This document shows, piece after piece, positions 41,720-55,812 of a stretch of DNA of 64,000 nt. The stretch's first letter is position 1. The number at the start of each line of letters is the position of its first letter. A program made the position numbers and the translations under genes. The notes beneath the pieces were generated by a model. That model worked only from the letters and a program-made list of their open reading frames with translations, was not told the DNA's origin and did not search any database. The DNA is from the human T2T-CHM13v2.0 reference genome, Homo sapiens, in the NCBI RefSeq assembly GCF_009914755.1, contig NC_060934.1. One strand, written 5' to 3'.

Positions 41720-42830
41720 ATGTGGAAATAATGTAGTCACTTACAAATATTTTCTAAATCCTTTATTATGTGCCAGACACCTTGCTAGGCTCTGAGGATG
41801 CAACAGTGAAAAAAAGAGAGTCCTTGATTTTATAGTATTTACATTCTGGTGGAAAGAGATAGAAAATAAGCATATTTATAAATGCTATATAATAAAAATT
41901 TTTTAAAAACACAGCAATAACAGAACAAGGTAAAATACAGAACAAAGAGATGAAGAGAAGAAGGAAAGGGAGGAGGGTATATTAACTAGGGTGGTCAGTC
42001 CTTCCTAAAGGGTTATTTTTTGAGCAGACACTTGAATTAATTCCCAGAGGTAGCCAGGTGACAAATTTGGAGAGAGAGCATAGTAGACAAAAAGATATGT
42101 AAATTCCCTAAGTAAGAAGTGTGGTTTGTCTGAGGAACAAAAAGAAGGTTATAGTGACTGAAAAAGAGGGAGTGAAGGCTTGAGTATTAAGAGATTAAAA
42201 TGTATTTTAAGAAAAAGAAAAACAAAAGAGAGATACAAATTTTGAAGGTAGCATGCTAAGTGCTTTGGCTTTTGTTCTGTGTCATGGAGGAAACATGGAA
42301 AAATTTGAGCAGGGAAATGCAGTTCTCTGGTTTGAGTTGTAAATCTTCTCATTGCATTATGGAGATTTTACTGTATTTAAGACTGCTGAAAAGGGAGCAT
42401 GGAGAAATCAAAATTAATGCAGAAGTCAAACCAGACAGTGTCATGGCTTGAACAGGTGCATTATGATGAGGAGTGGTTGGATTAGAGACATAGTTTTAAA
42501 GTGGTACTGACAAGTCTTGCTAGTGAGATGCCAGGGAAAGAAGATTCTGGGGCGATTCCAAGGTTTTGGGTAGATAGTAGGTACCACTGGTGATTCCAAG
42601 GTAGATGGTAGGTACCTTGGTGATTCCAAGGTTTTGAGGTAGATGGTAGGTACCATTACTGAGGAGGGGAAGATAGGAGCAGAAGTAGAATTTGATGGGA
42701 TATAGATAAAAAGTTTAGATATGATACTTGCAAAATGCCTAGTAATTATCCAAATGGTGCAGTTAATTAGGCCATTGAATATGAGTCTGGAGGTCTGGGC
42801 TGCAGAGGAGTGGAGATAACCATGTGGAGT
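41720..42830 (-). mobile_element. L2 LINE 3' region
   Basis: atgtgccagacaccttgctaggctctgaggat...gattccaaggtttt...ttgcaaaatgcctag. Confidence 0.75.
42554..42656. repeat. Three imperfect tandem copies of a 30-38-bp unit inside L2
   Basis: gattccaagg(tttt..)gtagatggtaggtacc occurs three times. Confidence 0.85.
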
Positions 42831-43786
42831 GTGATGCCACAATACCTAAGATGTTTCCCGGGATTCTAGACAATGGAAAGTGGCACAATTTCAGGAAACT
42901 TTACAAGACCCCTGTTGTAATTTATCTTTTTCCATAATTGCATGAAATCAGAACTTCTCAGTTTTATAAAGATCTTATTCATATATTGTAATATTAGCAT
43001 TAAGAAGCTGAGGAAACTATCTTTGAACAACCCTATAAACTACAATTGCACTTTTCTCCTATTTTCTGGGCTGGAGACACTCACATTAATATTCCAGTGT
43101 AAGCATCGATTTGCCTAATTACGCAGTATTTTTTGGCCATCCACAGTTGTCATTTCAAGTTCAGTAGAGATCAACTCAGGGGTGACTTACAGCATGCTTT
43201 CTAAAAGATTTAGTATTTTGCAGGGTAAGTAAAATGACTAAATCATGAGTTCCAGAAACCTATTAACAGCTCATAAAATGTGGTGTTGAGCCAAATTTTG
43301 TCTCTTCACCTTGATAGGAATGATTTAATGAATGGGCAAGAAACTGTCTTTATTCATTTTGCATTTTGAAAGCATTTTATAAAATAAAACTGTGTACTCT
43401 TAATATTTAAAAGATAAGCATGTTCATGGACACCATGACTATTTATTTGTAAGATGGATTTAGTTTGTTGAATAGGTTTTTTATGTCCATTTTTATACAC
43501 CAAGATACAAATTAGTTTCCTGTTCTACAACATCCACATAGATGTTGTAGATTATATTTTAAAAGGAAATACATTATACTGCCTCTTTTGAGGAATCATA
43601 TGATTCTTGTACCAGATTAGCTCTGTAACCAAAACAGTCAAACAAATGAACAAACAACAAACCCCAAAACAACACAGGATCTTTTCATTTTATAAAATGT
43701 AACCTAGTTTCTTTCATATCCTTCTGGGAATGAGGTGGCTAATATCTCTATTTATGATCTTGTGTTTACTGATATCAAAGAATAAT

Positions 43787-44680
43787 TGTACCGAGCAGAG
43801 TAAAACAGGTCAAGAGGACTTTAATTCAAGACCTCTACAATAGGGAAGATACATTGAATTCAACTCCATTGAAACAAAAGGTGGTAGGGTTTTTAAGCCC
43901 TGGAGTGAGCTAGTGAAAAAGTACTGGAAGACATTAGAGGGGAATTTGGTCAATGTGATTAGGCCAACTGTGTTTGCTAATTGGTGCTTATGAAAGTTAG
44001 GATCTGTCTTTGTCTGCTTCGTGTTGCTAAAAAGGAACACTTGCGCTTGGATAATTTATGAAGAAAAAGGGTTCATTTTTCTTATGATTCTGGACAGCTG
44101 GAGAATGCAAGATTGGATATTGACATCTGGTGAGGGCCTCATCCTGCTTCTCATGGTGAAAAAGTTAAGAGGAGCTGCTTGTGCAAAGGCGTAGGGGGAG
44201 GTACCAGGCTCTATATAACAACCAGCTTTCCTAAGAACTAATGGAGTGGGAACTCAGTCACCCCACGGAGGGAAGGCATTAATCTATTCATGAGGGATTT
44301 GCCCCCATGACCCAAACACCTCCCATTATGCTGAATTTTCAACATTGGGGATCAAATTTCACCACGAGGTTTGTGAGGGACAAACATCCAAACTATAGCA
44401 GGATCCTACCCTCTTACAGAGACTAGGAGATGGTGTCATTATCCTTCTTGATGATTATGTTTCAAAGGGAAGACTCACAGGTTTTTGAGAAAGAAATTCC
44501 TGGGTTGTAAAACTGGTTACAGGCTGGAGGAAGATTTACATCTCAAAGGGGTAGAGAAAGATTTATAGTTCCAAGTTTTTGAAAGTAACTTTTCCAAGAA
44601 GAGGGCACTCCAGGGCCTGTAGTGAGGAAGAAACCTGTCTAAAATCTAGCCAAGTTGAGGAGAATTTAAGATTGTGTTAA
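43787..44680 (-). mobile_element. MER31-like ERV1 LTR split by an MSTB insertion
   Basis: gaagatttacatctcaaagggg...aggaagaaacctgtctaaa...agttgagg matches the reverse of the recalled MER31 5' end. Confidence 0.75.
44005..44400 (-). mobile_element. MSTB-like solo LTR
   Basis: Ends ggggacaaacatccaaactatagca; perfect 5-bp TSD GGATC. Confidence 0.9.
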
Positions 44681-45139
44681 TGAGGATATTTTATACTCTG
44701 TGTCCATGAGATATTGATATGCTCAGTCATTTATAAAGAAGGCAAATTCAGCCCCCATGGAAGTATTTTATTTGGGAGAAAGAATAGGAAGAGCTGTTTT
44801 AGCTTATACTCTTAGCCATAAAATTACCAAAATGGGTTTAACTTCCTCAGATTGCTTAAAGTTGCTTGCTGGGATTGGAGGTCTTTTTGTCTGGGGACTG
44901 ACAGTTTTTGAGTTTGGAGAGTTCTCTAGGCCCCCAAGTAAGATAAAATCCTCTGAGCTGAATAGCCTTAGGCAGGGGTTGAGCTTTAAATTCTTGTTAC
45001 TTGTATTTCAGAGGATCTGGAGTTCAGAGTCTCTGAGGACAAAGGCAAACAATGAAGATAGGAAAGTTGGAAATTAAAGAAAATAATAATCTTAATATAT
45101 TGTATTTACTCACTGAAATATATTTTAATATATTTTATT

Positions 45140-45450
45140 TTATTAGTGGGTTGCTTGACCTTTCTTTGCTTCAGTTTCTGAGTTTTTTTTATCTTCTGTA
45201 AAATTAAGATAATAAAATTTACTCATTAGAGTCATATGAGGGTAAATGAGACCATACATATAAAAATCAGACTGCTTGGCTTATAGTAAATCTCCAAAAC
45301 TATTTTATATTGTTCTTATTTCTTGGTGTTTCTTAACTGTCTCTCCAGTAGATTAAATCTCCCTTCAACACAGGAACTGAGTCTTTTTCATCTGTGGATC
45401 TCTAGCCCTCCACAGAGCATGTCAAAAGTATTTGTTGATTGAATGATAAG
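45140..45450 (+). mobile_element. MIR fragment followed by an L2 3' end
   Basis: ctgtaaaatt...taaatgagaccatacatataaa; then tatttgttgattgaatg. Confidence 0.5.
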
Positions 45451-45456
45451 TAAACA

Positions 45457-46163
45457 TTTTACCAGTGGAAGGTATCCAAGTTACTGCCAGCAACTCCATA
45501 AGAGTCTATAGTAACCTCAATTCTTGCCTCCTCAGAAGAAAGAATTCGACGGAGGGGCATAAGGCAGAAAAAGAAACGAAGGCAAGTTTCAGAGAAGGAG
45601 TGGAAGTTTATTTAAAAGGCTTTAGAACAGGAAAGAAAGGAAAGTACACTTGGAAGAAACCCAAGTGGGCACATGAAGGTCAAGAGTGGTGTTTAACCTT
45701 GATCCTAGGACTTTATGGGCTGGCCCCTTTCCCATGATTCTTCCCTTAGGGTGGGCTGCCCACCTGTGCAATGCCCTCTTAATGCTTGGGAGGTGAGCAC
45801 ATGCAATGTGTTTAGGAAGTTGTACAATGCCCATCTGGGGCTTTCTTCCCCTTTCTGGTGGAGTGCCCCTGGAAGGTCATAGTCAGCCACTTTGTCTCTT
45901 ACTGCACGTGCCCCGGCTCACTCACCCAGTACCTGAGATTTTATTGGAAGTTCCTTTTTGCTTCTCCCTTGTTCCTGCATTCAATTAGCATTTTAATGCA
46001 ACAGGTGTGGACCACCAGGAAATGGCCTCTCCCTGGTGCCTGCTGCCAATTTATCACTTTTAGAGAGGCAATGTGATAGTTGCCAAACTGTCACCTGACA
46101 TTCCTAGTGGGTGGGGGTGAGACCTCTCCTGCTCCACTCATGCCTGTCTAACTACCTGTAACA
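45457..46163 (-). mobile_element. MER50B-like ERV1 solo LTR
   Basis: cctcaattcttgcctcctcagaagaaagaattcgac...; minus-strand start tgttacaggtagttagacaggcatgag. Confidence 0.85.
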
Positions 46164-47081
46164 AACTTACAAGCAACACTCAGAACATGTTTTATAGGCT
46201 GATGTCCCAAAAACTAAGCTGTTCATCAGAATGATCTACAAATTCTCAACTGCCAGACTGTGCAGGGAGGAACAAGTCATTCAGTGTTACTAGAGCAGAG
46301 GTTTAAGGTAAGGAAGTGTGGCACTTGAGGCTTGAGAATTATAAAGGCAGCCATGTATGATATGTTGCTTTTGGATTTTATTCTCTGGTTGGTGGAGTTA
46401 TGGATGGATTTTAAGCAGGAGGGAGGCCACATGGGGTGTGAGGTAGAGTCTTGGGCCATTCAAAGGTATCTGGTTTAGTGCCAGGCACATGCTGGATTCT
46501 CAGAAAATATCTTTTGAATGAATAGGATAGTAAATATGTAATCATTAAAGAGAGTAAGAAATAAGGTAGATCTCTATGTGCTGCTGATATGGGAAGATGT
46601 TCAACATTACTATTAAGTGAACAAGAGCAACTTCAGACCAGTATATAAAGTATATTTCCATTTGTGTTTGAAAAAATTACATATGTGTTTATTTCTATGT
46701 GTGTGTGGTAGACAGTAGGCAGGTGGACGGATGCATGGATACCTAATTTCAACTTTATGTTTCATATAATATGCATCATTTGAATTACCCAAATTGCATG
46801 AAATTTTTTGTGATGATGATGATGTTGATGTTGTTGACGATGAAAAAATAAAGAGACTCTCCAGGTAATTATTCAAGTATATAGCCAGATTCTACAATGT
46901 AACCTAATGAATTATTATTTACATTTCATTTTGATTGTGACAGGATAAGAGTCAAGACTAGGAAAAAGTGGGAAAGTGACACTGCTTTTTCTTATTGCCA
47001 TATCCATGTTGTTTCTTATATTATCTTCCTTATTTATAGTTAAAACTGCACTAAACGTAACTTGTCATATAATTTGCTATG

Positions 47082-47427
47082 CAGACAGTCCTCATTGTTC
47101 AACTTATAATTTTTCAACTTTACAATGGTGTGAAAGCAATATGCATTCAGTAGAAGGTGATAAGATACTCTCTCAAGACTCTGAGTAGCAGTGCAGCTCC
47201 AAGTCAGCCATTAGGGTAAATGACTGATACTCTACAGTGTACTGTGCTGCCCGATGAATTTGTCCAACTGCAAGCTAATATAAGTGTTCTGATAACATTC
47301 AAAGTAGACTAGGCTAAGTTATGATGCTTGGTAGGTTAGGTGTATTAAATACATTTTGACTTACTCAATTTTCAACTTTTGTTGGGTTTCTTGGGACATA
47401 ACCCCATCGTAAGTCACAGAGCCTCTG
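47082..47427 (-). mobile_element. MER47B (Tigger) DNA transposon
   Basis: Reverse-complement homolog of 10920-11329 (gactaggctaagttatgatg...aaccccatcgtaagtc...ctg|TA). Confidence 0.8.
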
Positions 47428-48018
47428 TATTGCGATAGGAGTTTAATTTTTTACTTCATTATTGATCAATGAAAAATGTTTCAAATATTTACATTTACAG
47501 TGTTGCAGATTTGGTACTCTAATTTCTGATGAAATTTATATTACTTAAAGTTAAAATTTAACATTCAACAATTGTTATATGACAAATCCAGTCTCAACAT
47601 TATGGTTTTATATTATTATATAGTTACCTTTTTTATTCTTTAAGTATTTCAAGTGTTCTGGCTATGGTTCCTAGTACACATGGGAATAGGCAGAATAATA
47701 TGAAAGAATATCTGAACATACTCTAAGTTGTACAATAGTGTATGGTATAGCTCATCTGAAAATAATATTTTTCTCCTACAAAATTAGAAAAAGAATAATA
47801 ATCCAAAATGTTGGCAGTGGACAAGAGAAAGAGGGGTATTTGGGTTTGTATGGAGCATGACATATACAAAGTACAGAAATGAAAATAAAAGTAAAAATCA
47901 GGAAATAGCAAAATCATGTTATTTAGGAATATGGAAATGTAGAATCCACAGCAGAAAAACATTCATTATTACTATAAAAATGCAGAACTTTTGGTCGTAA
48001 TAGGTGAGGGTGTTTTTT

Positions 48019-51000
48019 TAATTATACTTTAAGTTCTGGGGTACATGTGCAGAACATGCAGGTTTATTACATAGGTATACACGTGCCAAGGTGGTTTGCT
48101 GTACCCATCAACCCGTCATCTACATTGGGTATTTCTCCTAATGCAATCCTGACCCTAGCCCCCCACACCCCGACAGGTCCTGGTGTGTGATGTTTCCTTT
48201 CCTGTGTCCAAGTGTTCTCATTGTTCAGCTCCCACTTATGAGTGAGAACATGTGGTGTTTGGTTTTCTGTCTTGTGTTAGTTTGCTGAGAATGATGGTTT
48301 CCAGCTTCATCCATGTCCCTGCAAAGGACATGAACTCATCCTTTTTTATGGCTGCATAGTATTCCATGGTGTAAATGTGCCACATTTTCTTTATCCAGTC
48401 TATCATAGATGGGCATTTGGGTTGGTTCCAAGTCTTTGCTATTGTGAACAGTGCCACAACAAACATACATGTGCATTTGTCTTTATAGTAGAATGATTTA
48501 TAATCCTTTGGGTGTATACCCAGTAATGGGATTGCTGGGTCAAATGGTATTTCTAGTTCTAGATCCTTGAGGAATCGCCACACTCTCTTCCACAATGGTT
48601 GAATTAGTTTACAGTCCCACCAATAGTGTAAAAGTGTTCCTGTTTCTCCACATCCTCTCCAGCACCTGTTGTTTCCTGACTTTTTAATGATCACTATTCT
48701 AACTGGTATGAGATGGTATCTCATTGTGGTTTTGATTTGCATTTCTCTGATGGCCAGTGATGGCGAGCATTTTTTCATGTGTCTGTTGGCTGCATAAATG
48801 TCTTCTTTTGAGAAGTGTCTGTTCATATCCTTCGCTCACTTTTTGATGGGGTTGTTTTTTCCTTATAAATTTGTTTAAGTTCTTTGCAGATTCTGGATAT
48901 TAGCCCTTTGTTAGATGGATAGATTGCAAAAATTTTCTCGCATTCTGGAGGTTGCCTATTTACTCTAATGATAGTTTCTTTTGCTGTGCAGAAGCTCTTT
49001 AGCTTAATTAAATCCCATTTGTCTATTTTAGCTTTTGTTGTCATTGCTTTTGGTGGTTTAGTCATGAAGTCTTTGCCCATGCCTGTGTCCTGAATGGTAT
49101 TGCCTAGGTTTTCTTCTAGGGTTTTTATGGTTTTAGGTCTTATGTTTAAGTCTTTAATCCATCTTGAGTTGATTTTTGTATAAGGTGTGAGGAAGGGATC
49201 CAAACCACTGCTCAAGGAAATAAGAGAGGACACAAACAAATGGAAAAACATTCCATGCTCTTGGATAGGAAGAATCAATATCATGAAATGGCTGTGCTGC
49301 CCAAAGTAATTTACAGATTCAGTGCCATGAAGCTACCATTAACTTTCTTCACAGAATTGGAAAAAACTACTTTACTTATTTATTTATTCATTTATTTATT
49401 TATTTAATTTTTTTTTTTATTCTTTTTTTTATTATTATACTTTAAGTTCTAGGGTACATGTGCACAACGTGCAGGTTTTTAACATGTGTATACATGTGCC
49501 GTGTTGGTTTGCTGCATTCATTAACTCATCATTTACATTAGGTATTTCTCCTAATGCTATCCCTCCCCCATTCCCCCACCCCACGACAGGCCCCAGTGTC
49601 TGATGTTCCCTGCCCTGTGTCCAAGTGTTCTCATTGTTCAATTGCCACCTATGAGTGAGAACATGCAGTGTTTGGTTTTCTGTCCTTGCAATAGTTTGCT
49701 GAGAATGATGGTTTCCAGCTTCATCCATGTCCCTACAAAGGACATGAACTCATCCTTTTTTATGGCTGCATAGTATTCCATGGTGTATATGTACCACATT
49801 TTCTTAGTCCAGTCTATCATTGATGGACATTTGGGTTGGTTCCAAGTCTTTGCTATTGTGAATAGTGCTGCAATAAACATACGTGTGCATGTGTCTTTAT
49901 AGTAGCATGATTTATAATCCTTTGGTTATATACCTAGTAATGAGATCGCTGGGTCAAATGGTATTTCTAGTTCTAGATCCTTGAGGAATTGCCACACTGT
50001 CTTCCACAATGGTTGAACTAGTTTACAATCCCACCAACAGTGTAAAAGCATTCCTATTTCTCCACATCCTCTCCAACATCTCTTGTTTCCTGACTTTTTA
50101 ATGATCGCCATTCTAACTGGTGTGAGATGGTATCTCGTTGTGGTTTTGATTTCCATTTCTCTGATGACCAGTGATGATGAGCATTTTTTCATGTGTCTGT
50201 TGGCTGCATAAATGTCTTCTTTTGAGAAGTGTCCATTCATATCGTTTGCCCACTTTTTGATGGGGTTGTTTTTTTCTTGTAAATTTGTTTAAGTTCTTTG
50301 TAGATTCTGGATATTAGCCCTTTGTCAGATGGGTAGATTGCAAAAATTTTCTCCCATTCTGTAGGTTGCCTGTTCATTCTGATGGTAGTTTCTTTTGCTG
50401 TGCAGAAGCTCTTTAGTTTAATTAGATCCCATTTGTCAATTGTGGCTTTTGTTTTCATTGTTTTTGGTGTTTTAGTCATGAAGTCCTTGCCCATGCCTAT
50501 GTCCTGAATGGTATTGCCTTGGTTTTCTTCTAGGGTTTTTATGGCTTTAGGTCTAACATTTAAGTCTTTAATCCATCTTGAATTAATTTTTGTATAAGGT
50601 ATAAGGAAGGGATCCAGTTTCAGCTTTCTCCATATGGCTAGCCAGTTTTCCCAGCACCATTTATTAAATAGAGGTTCCTTTCCCCATTTCTTGTCTTTGT
50701 CAGGTTTGTCAAAGATCAGATGGTTGTAGATGTGTGCTGTTATTTCTGAGGTCTCTGTTCTGTTCCATTGGTCTATATCTCTGTTTTAGTACCAGTACCA
50801 TGCTGTTTTGGTTACTGTAGACTTGTAGTATAGTTTGAAGTCAGGTAGAGTGATGCCTCCAGCTTAGGATTGTATTGGCAATGCGGGCTCTTTTTTGATT
50901 CCATATGAACTTTAAAGTAGTTTGGAAAAAACTACTTTAAATTTAGCTAAGTCAATCCTAAGCAAAAAGAACAAAGCTGGAGGCATCATGCTACCTGACT

Positions 51001-51221
51001 TCAAACTATACTACAAGGCTACAGTAGCCAAAACAGCATGATACTGGTACCAAAACAGATATATAGACCAATGGAACAGAACAGAGGCCTCAGAAATAAT
51101 GCCACACATCTACAACCATCTGATCTGTGACAAACCTGACAAAAACAAGCAATGGGGACAGGATTCCCTATTTAATAAATGGTGTTGTGAAAACTGGCTA
51201 GCCATATACAGAAAGCTAAAA
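48019..51221 (-). mobile_element. L1PA6/7-like insertion with twin-priming 5' inversion (outer element)
   Basis: TSD gagggtgtttttt at 48006-48018 and 51222-51234; 48019-49200 reads minus; 49201-49374 and 50922-51221 read plus as the upstream L1 segment. Confidence 0.92.
49375..50921 (-). mobile_element. L1PA5-like 5'-truncated insertion nested in the outer L1
   Basis: (TTTA)n/polyT tail; ORF2 C-terminal fragments; perfect 18-bp TSD ttggaaaaaactacttta at 49357-49374 and 50922-50939. Confidence 0.93.
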
Positions 51222-51469
51222 GAGGGTGTTTTTTATTATAAACATTTTAGACTTATTTTTATCTATGAAAAAATACCGTGGGGATTTATTAAAATATATT
51301 ACCTGGAATGGGTTAGGGATAATGTTCTAAAAGAAAAAGGAATATGGAGTAGATTATAATGTTTGATAATTGAGAAATGTGTTGGACTAAACAAAACAAA
51401 ATAGTGAGAGGCATGGAAGTAATTAACTAAATTACACTTCTTTGCATATGCTTCTGTCTACCTGACTTA

Positions 51470-52125
<656 letters not shown>

Positions 52126-52850
52126 TTGTTTTGTGACTGTGTCTGCCCAGAAGAGGTTGTATAAGAGAAGACATGTAACCTATAACTCAATCCATGGGAA
52201 CTGCACTTGAAAAAGAAAGCAACTCATATGGTCTGCGTTTTTCCCATTGGCTGGCTCTGTGCCTCTAGGTCACTAGATAATCACTCAAGTGTACTTGTTA
52301 CCTAACCTGGGTGCAAGCCTGATGGATAGCGACAACAGCAACCACAAAAATCCAGTGAAGGAGTTTTGCAAAACTCAGTTCAGAGGGTCGTGATATGTGT
52401 ACGGGTGGAGGGTGGTGGATGAGGGTGAGTGTGTGTGTTTTCTTTTTCCATTAATTGGCACGGATCTTATATTGCAAAAGGCTTGTATTCCAGTAAATGA
52501 ATGTGTAGATAGCAGATGTTGCTGCTTCAGAATCACTCACCATGAGGCCTGGGATATATACTTTTATACACAACACTTTTTGTTTCTAATATACAAGCCA
52601 AGATGTGAACAAGTTTCTTAAACAATCCAGAGAATTACATCTATTTTCCACTTCACTTTGTCCAAGTAGACACACATAAACAATGGTGAGCATGGGATAA
52701 GGAGGTAATAATTCAGTCAGCCTTTGCAATGACAGTCTATGACAGTGACTTGCTGCTTTGGAAAATGTGTCCCTTAGTCTGGTTAATTAAAATGGTTTAA
52801 TATAAAGCAAAAAATAAATAATGGATTAACTAAATTGGAACTTTTATTGA

Positions 52851-53213
<363 letters not shown>

Positions 53214-54418
53214 TAGTTTGTATTTTTTTTTCAAGGGTTACTATTCCTGCCCTCACAATAGGAGATTCTCTACAGGGCACCCAGGTCGAACAGACTATAG
53301 TTTAAGTTTTTGTGTTATTATAGAGTCCTATATGCTTTTTAGTTTTCTACTTTTCAGATGTGTACAGCTCCTATCTGCACATTCTATTATGATCACTGCA
53401 CGCATTTTGAGGACAGAACCCTGCAAGCCTGAGTGCCTTTAACTTCCAACAAGATTTATGTGGGTGTCCCTCTTGTGTACTATGTGCAAAGTTAAGCCAG
53501 TCAATTACTTTTCTGTTAGTCTTTTGTTCTTGCTCATTCTCCTCTGGAGATATACTATTTCTGTAAAATACTCTTTTATTATCATCTCCACTTCAGTGTA
53601 TCCCCTCAAGCATAAGTTCTGGGAAGGAAGGAAAAGGTTATATCTCATTGTTCTGTATAACATGTGCCTAAGGTTTACTTTGGGCTGCTTGTAACCTCAT
53701 GCTGGTGTTAAACAGATCCTAAGTGTACCTGTTCCAATACCTAGTTTATTTTTACCCTAAGGTGCGTTTGCTTCAGCAAATTTTAAGAACCTACTTGGAA
53801 TTGGTTTTGATATTTTGAACTGTACAGACACCGTTTTCTTTCATTATATGTAACACACATAGTGTCCATGATTGTGGAATATTAGTGTAATATAATTTTA
53901 CTGTGCTTGGTAAGAACATCTTAGAAATGAACAATAATGTTGAAATATGGGCCAAACATTTGAAAAACCTTCCAGACTTAATCAGTCTTGTCTTGGGGCT
54001 CTCTGTACAGTGAAATTCCAGGTTTAAAAAAATACTATTTCACAAAAGACCCTTGCTATTTGCAAGGATGGTGATTTGAAACCATGACTCTTCTAAATTG
54101 TAAATGACATTAAAAATAGGTCACTTAAGGAGCCTGACAAAATAGTGTTGTGCTGTGACCCAAGGTGGTGCTTCTAGTTTTCTACTGGGCTGCTAATAGA
54201 GCGGGCTGGACTTTCCTATTCTTGCATATTATGTTCTGCTCTTTGCTATTCCTCGGTGAAATCAGAAAGCTTAGTGCATCATTATTCCAAAATAGAAAAG
54301 TCATTCCATTCTTTGACATAAACACACAGTCTCTCTTTTCCACTTACATTTAAATGTTCACAAATGAATTTCTTTCCATTATAGTTGTTTCATCTTGTTT
54401 GACTTCTTTTTTGGATTC

Positions 54419-54520
54419 ACAAATCTCTCCACCAAGCTCACAGTAAACATGAAAGTGCTATTAGAGAGGACAAATCTCTCCACCAAGCTCACAGTAAACA
54501 TGAAAGTACTATTAGAGAGG
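54419..54520. repeat. 51-bp direct tandem duplication
   Basis: Units 54419-54469 and 54470-54520 differ at one base. Confidence 0.97.
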
Positions 54521-54704
54521 AATGGAATAGCTTCTAAAACCTCTCAGAGAAGGCTTTTCAGAGGAAGCACCAGTAGAGATGTCCCTTTAAGAGGTGCCTG
54601 TGTCAAAATAAACAGGCAAAGGGAAGTACAATCTCAAAGTCGATATACTTTACTGGAAAGAAAACTCTTTATTAGGCCCACATCTGAGTCTGGTACTTTA
54701 GTGC

Positions 54705-54870
54705 CTGGTACTTGACCACGGCTGAACACTGGGATCACTTGGAGAACTTTAATTAATACTGGTCCCAGCTCTAGGTTATCTAATTTAACATATTCAGGGA
54801 AAGGTCTAGGTATCAGAACTCTTAAACCTTCTCTGGTGATCTTAATGGGCAAAGTTAGAAGCTGCATGGT
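54705..54870. mobile_element. MER5A-like hAT-Charlie fragment
   Basis: ggctgaacactgggatcacttggagaacttt...ctctggtgatcttaatg. Confidence 0.55.
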
Positions 54871-55129
54871 TCCCTTAGTTGTGGTTTCCCATTCTATAGA
54901 TGATTAGAAACAGGGTATCTGGCTGCGTGCTGGACATGTGGACAGTACATATCCTCAGGTGTCTCTCCTGCAAAAAAAGTATGCCAGCTTAAACCTGACC
55001 TTCCTGATATATCATCTCATCATCTACTGAACCCCATCCACTTTTTAAAGAAATCCATGCAATCATTCAAAAAATATTGGAGAAGCCACCATGTCTCTGG
55101 CTCCAAATCTTTCTGTCTGAACTAGTTTC

Positions 55130-55620
55130 CTTACTCTGTGATGCATCCCTGTTTAAATCCCATCAGAGGCTTCATTTGCCCATGGGTAAAGTCAAAGACA
55201 GCATATAATCCACAGCTACCTTTGTAACTCTTAAGTCTCAAGTCCTACCATTTGCTGCCTAAATGGGCTTTAGTAATACTGAGAAGTTTGTTGTTCTGTG
55301 TGCATACCATGCTACTTCAGGCTTCACAGAATTTACCTTTCCTATCTTCTATCCCACTAGCTACCTTTCATCTGGCTAGTTCCTATCCACATCAAGGCTC
55401 AGATCAGCCGCTAACTTTTCTGAGAGTAATTCTCTGAACCCCCATGCCACTGAGGATTTCTTGTTGTATACCTTCAGCAAAGCACTTTTATTTTAAAACT
55501 GTCTGACTCCACTTATGCGTCTCCTCTGGACTGTAAGCTCATAAAAGGCATATCTTCATCATCTGCATATGCCCATTTCCTAGTACTCAATGCATTCACA
55601 TGATGGTTTTCTTCAAATGA
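55130..55620 (+). mobile_element. L2 3' fragment
   Basis: ttcaggcttcaca...tcctatccacatcaaggctcagatc...ggactgtaagctc. Confidence 0.55.
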
Positions 55621-55801
55621 ACTGATCTGGGATATGGCATATCAGGATGCTGCTAATTAAGTGATATTGAAGGTCGAAGGAAGTTAGAGCTAACAGTTTG
55701 GCAGCAAGGGAAGAAACAGAGGAACTCAGAAGTCAGCGATGGGAAGTGACCATGTAAGAGTGGCTGCGTGCTTCAGTTATCACATAGGACATGACCATGC
55801 T

Positions 55802-55812
55802 ATGACTCAGCA
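55802..55812 (+). promoter_or_regulatory. Consensus ARE/MARE (NRF2-sMAF, with embedded AP-1)
   Basis: ATGACTCAGCA exact match; function untested. Confidence 0.3.

Noticed and set aside
42554-42656. CRISPR-like short direct repeats (also 54419-54520 and 63421-63600)
   Set aside because: Eukaryotic DNA; these are head-to-tail tandem units without unique spacers or cas genes.
48236-49284. 196-aa and 153-aa ORFs suggesting an active L1
   Set aside because: Only the ORF2 C-terminus is present; the element is 5'-truncated and inverted, and the 153-aa ORF is a chimera across the inversion junction.
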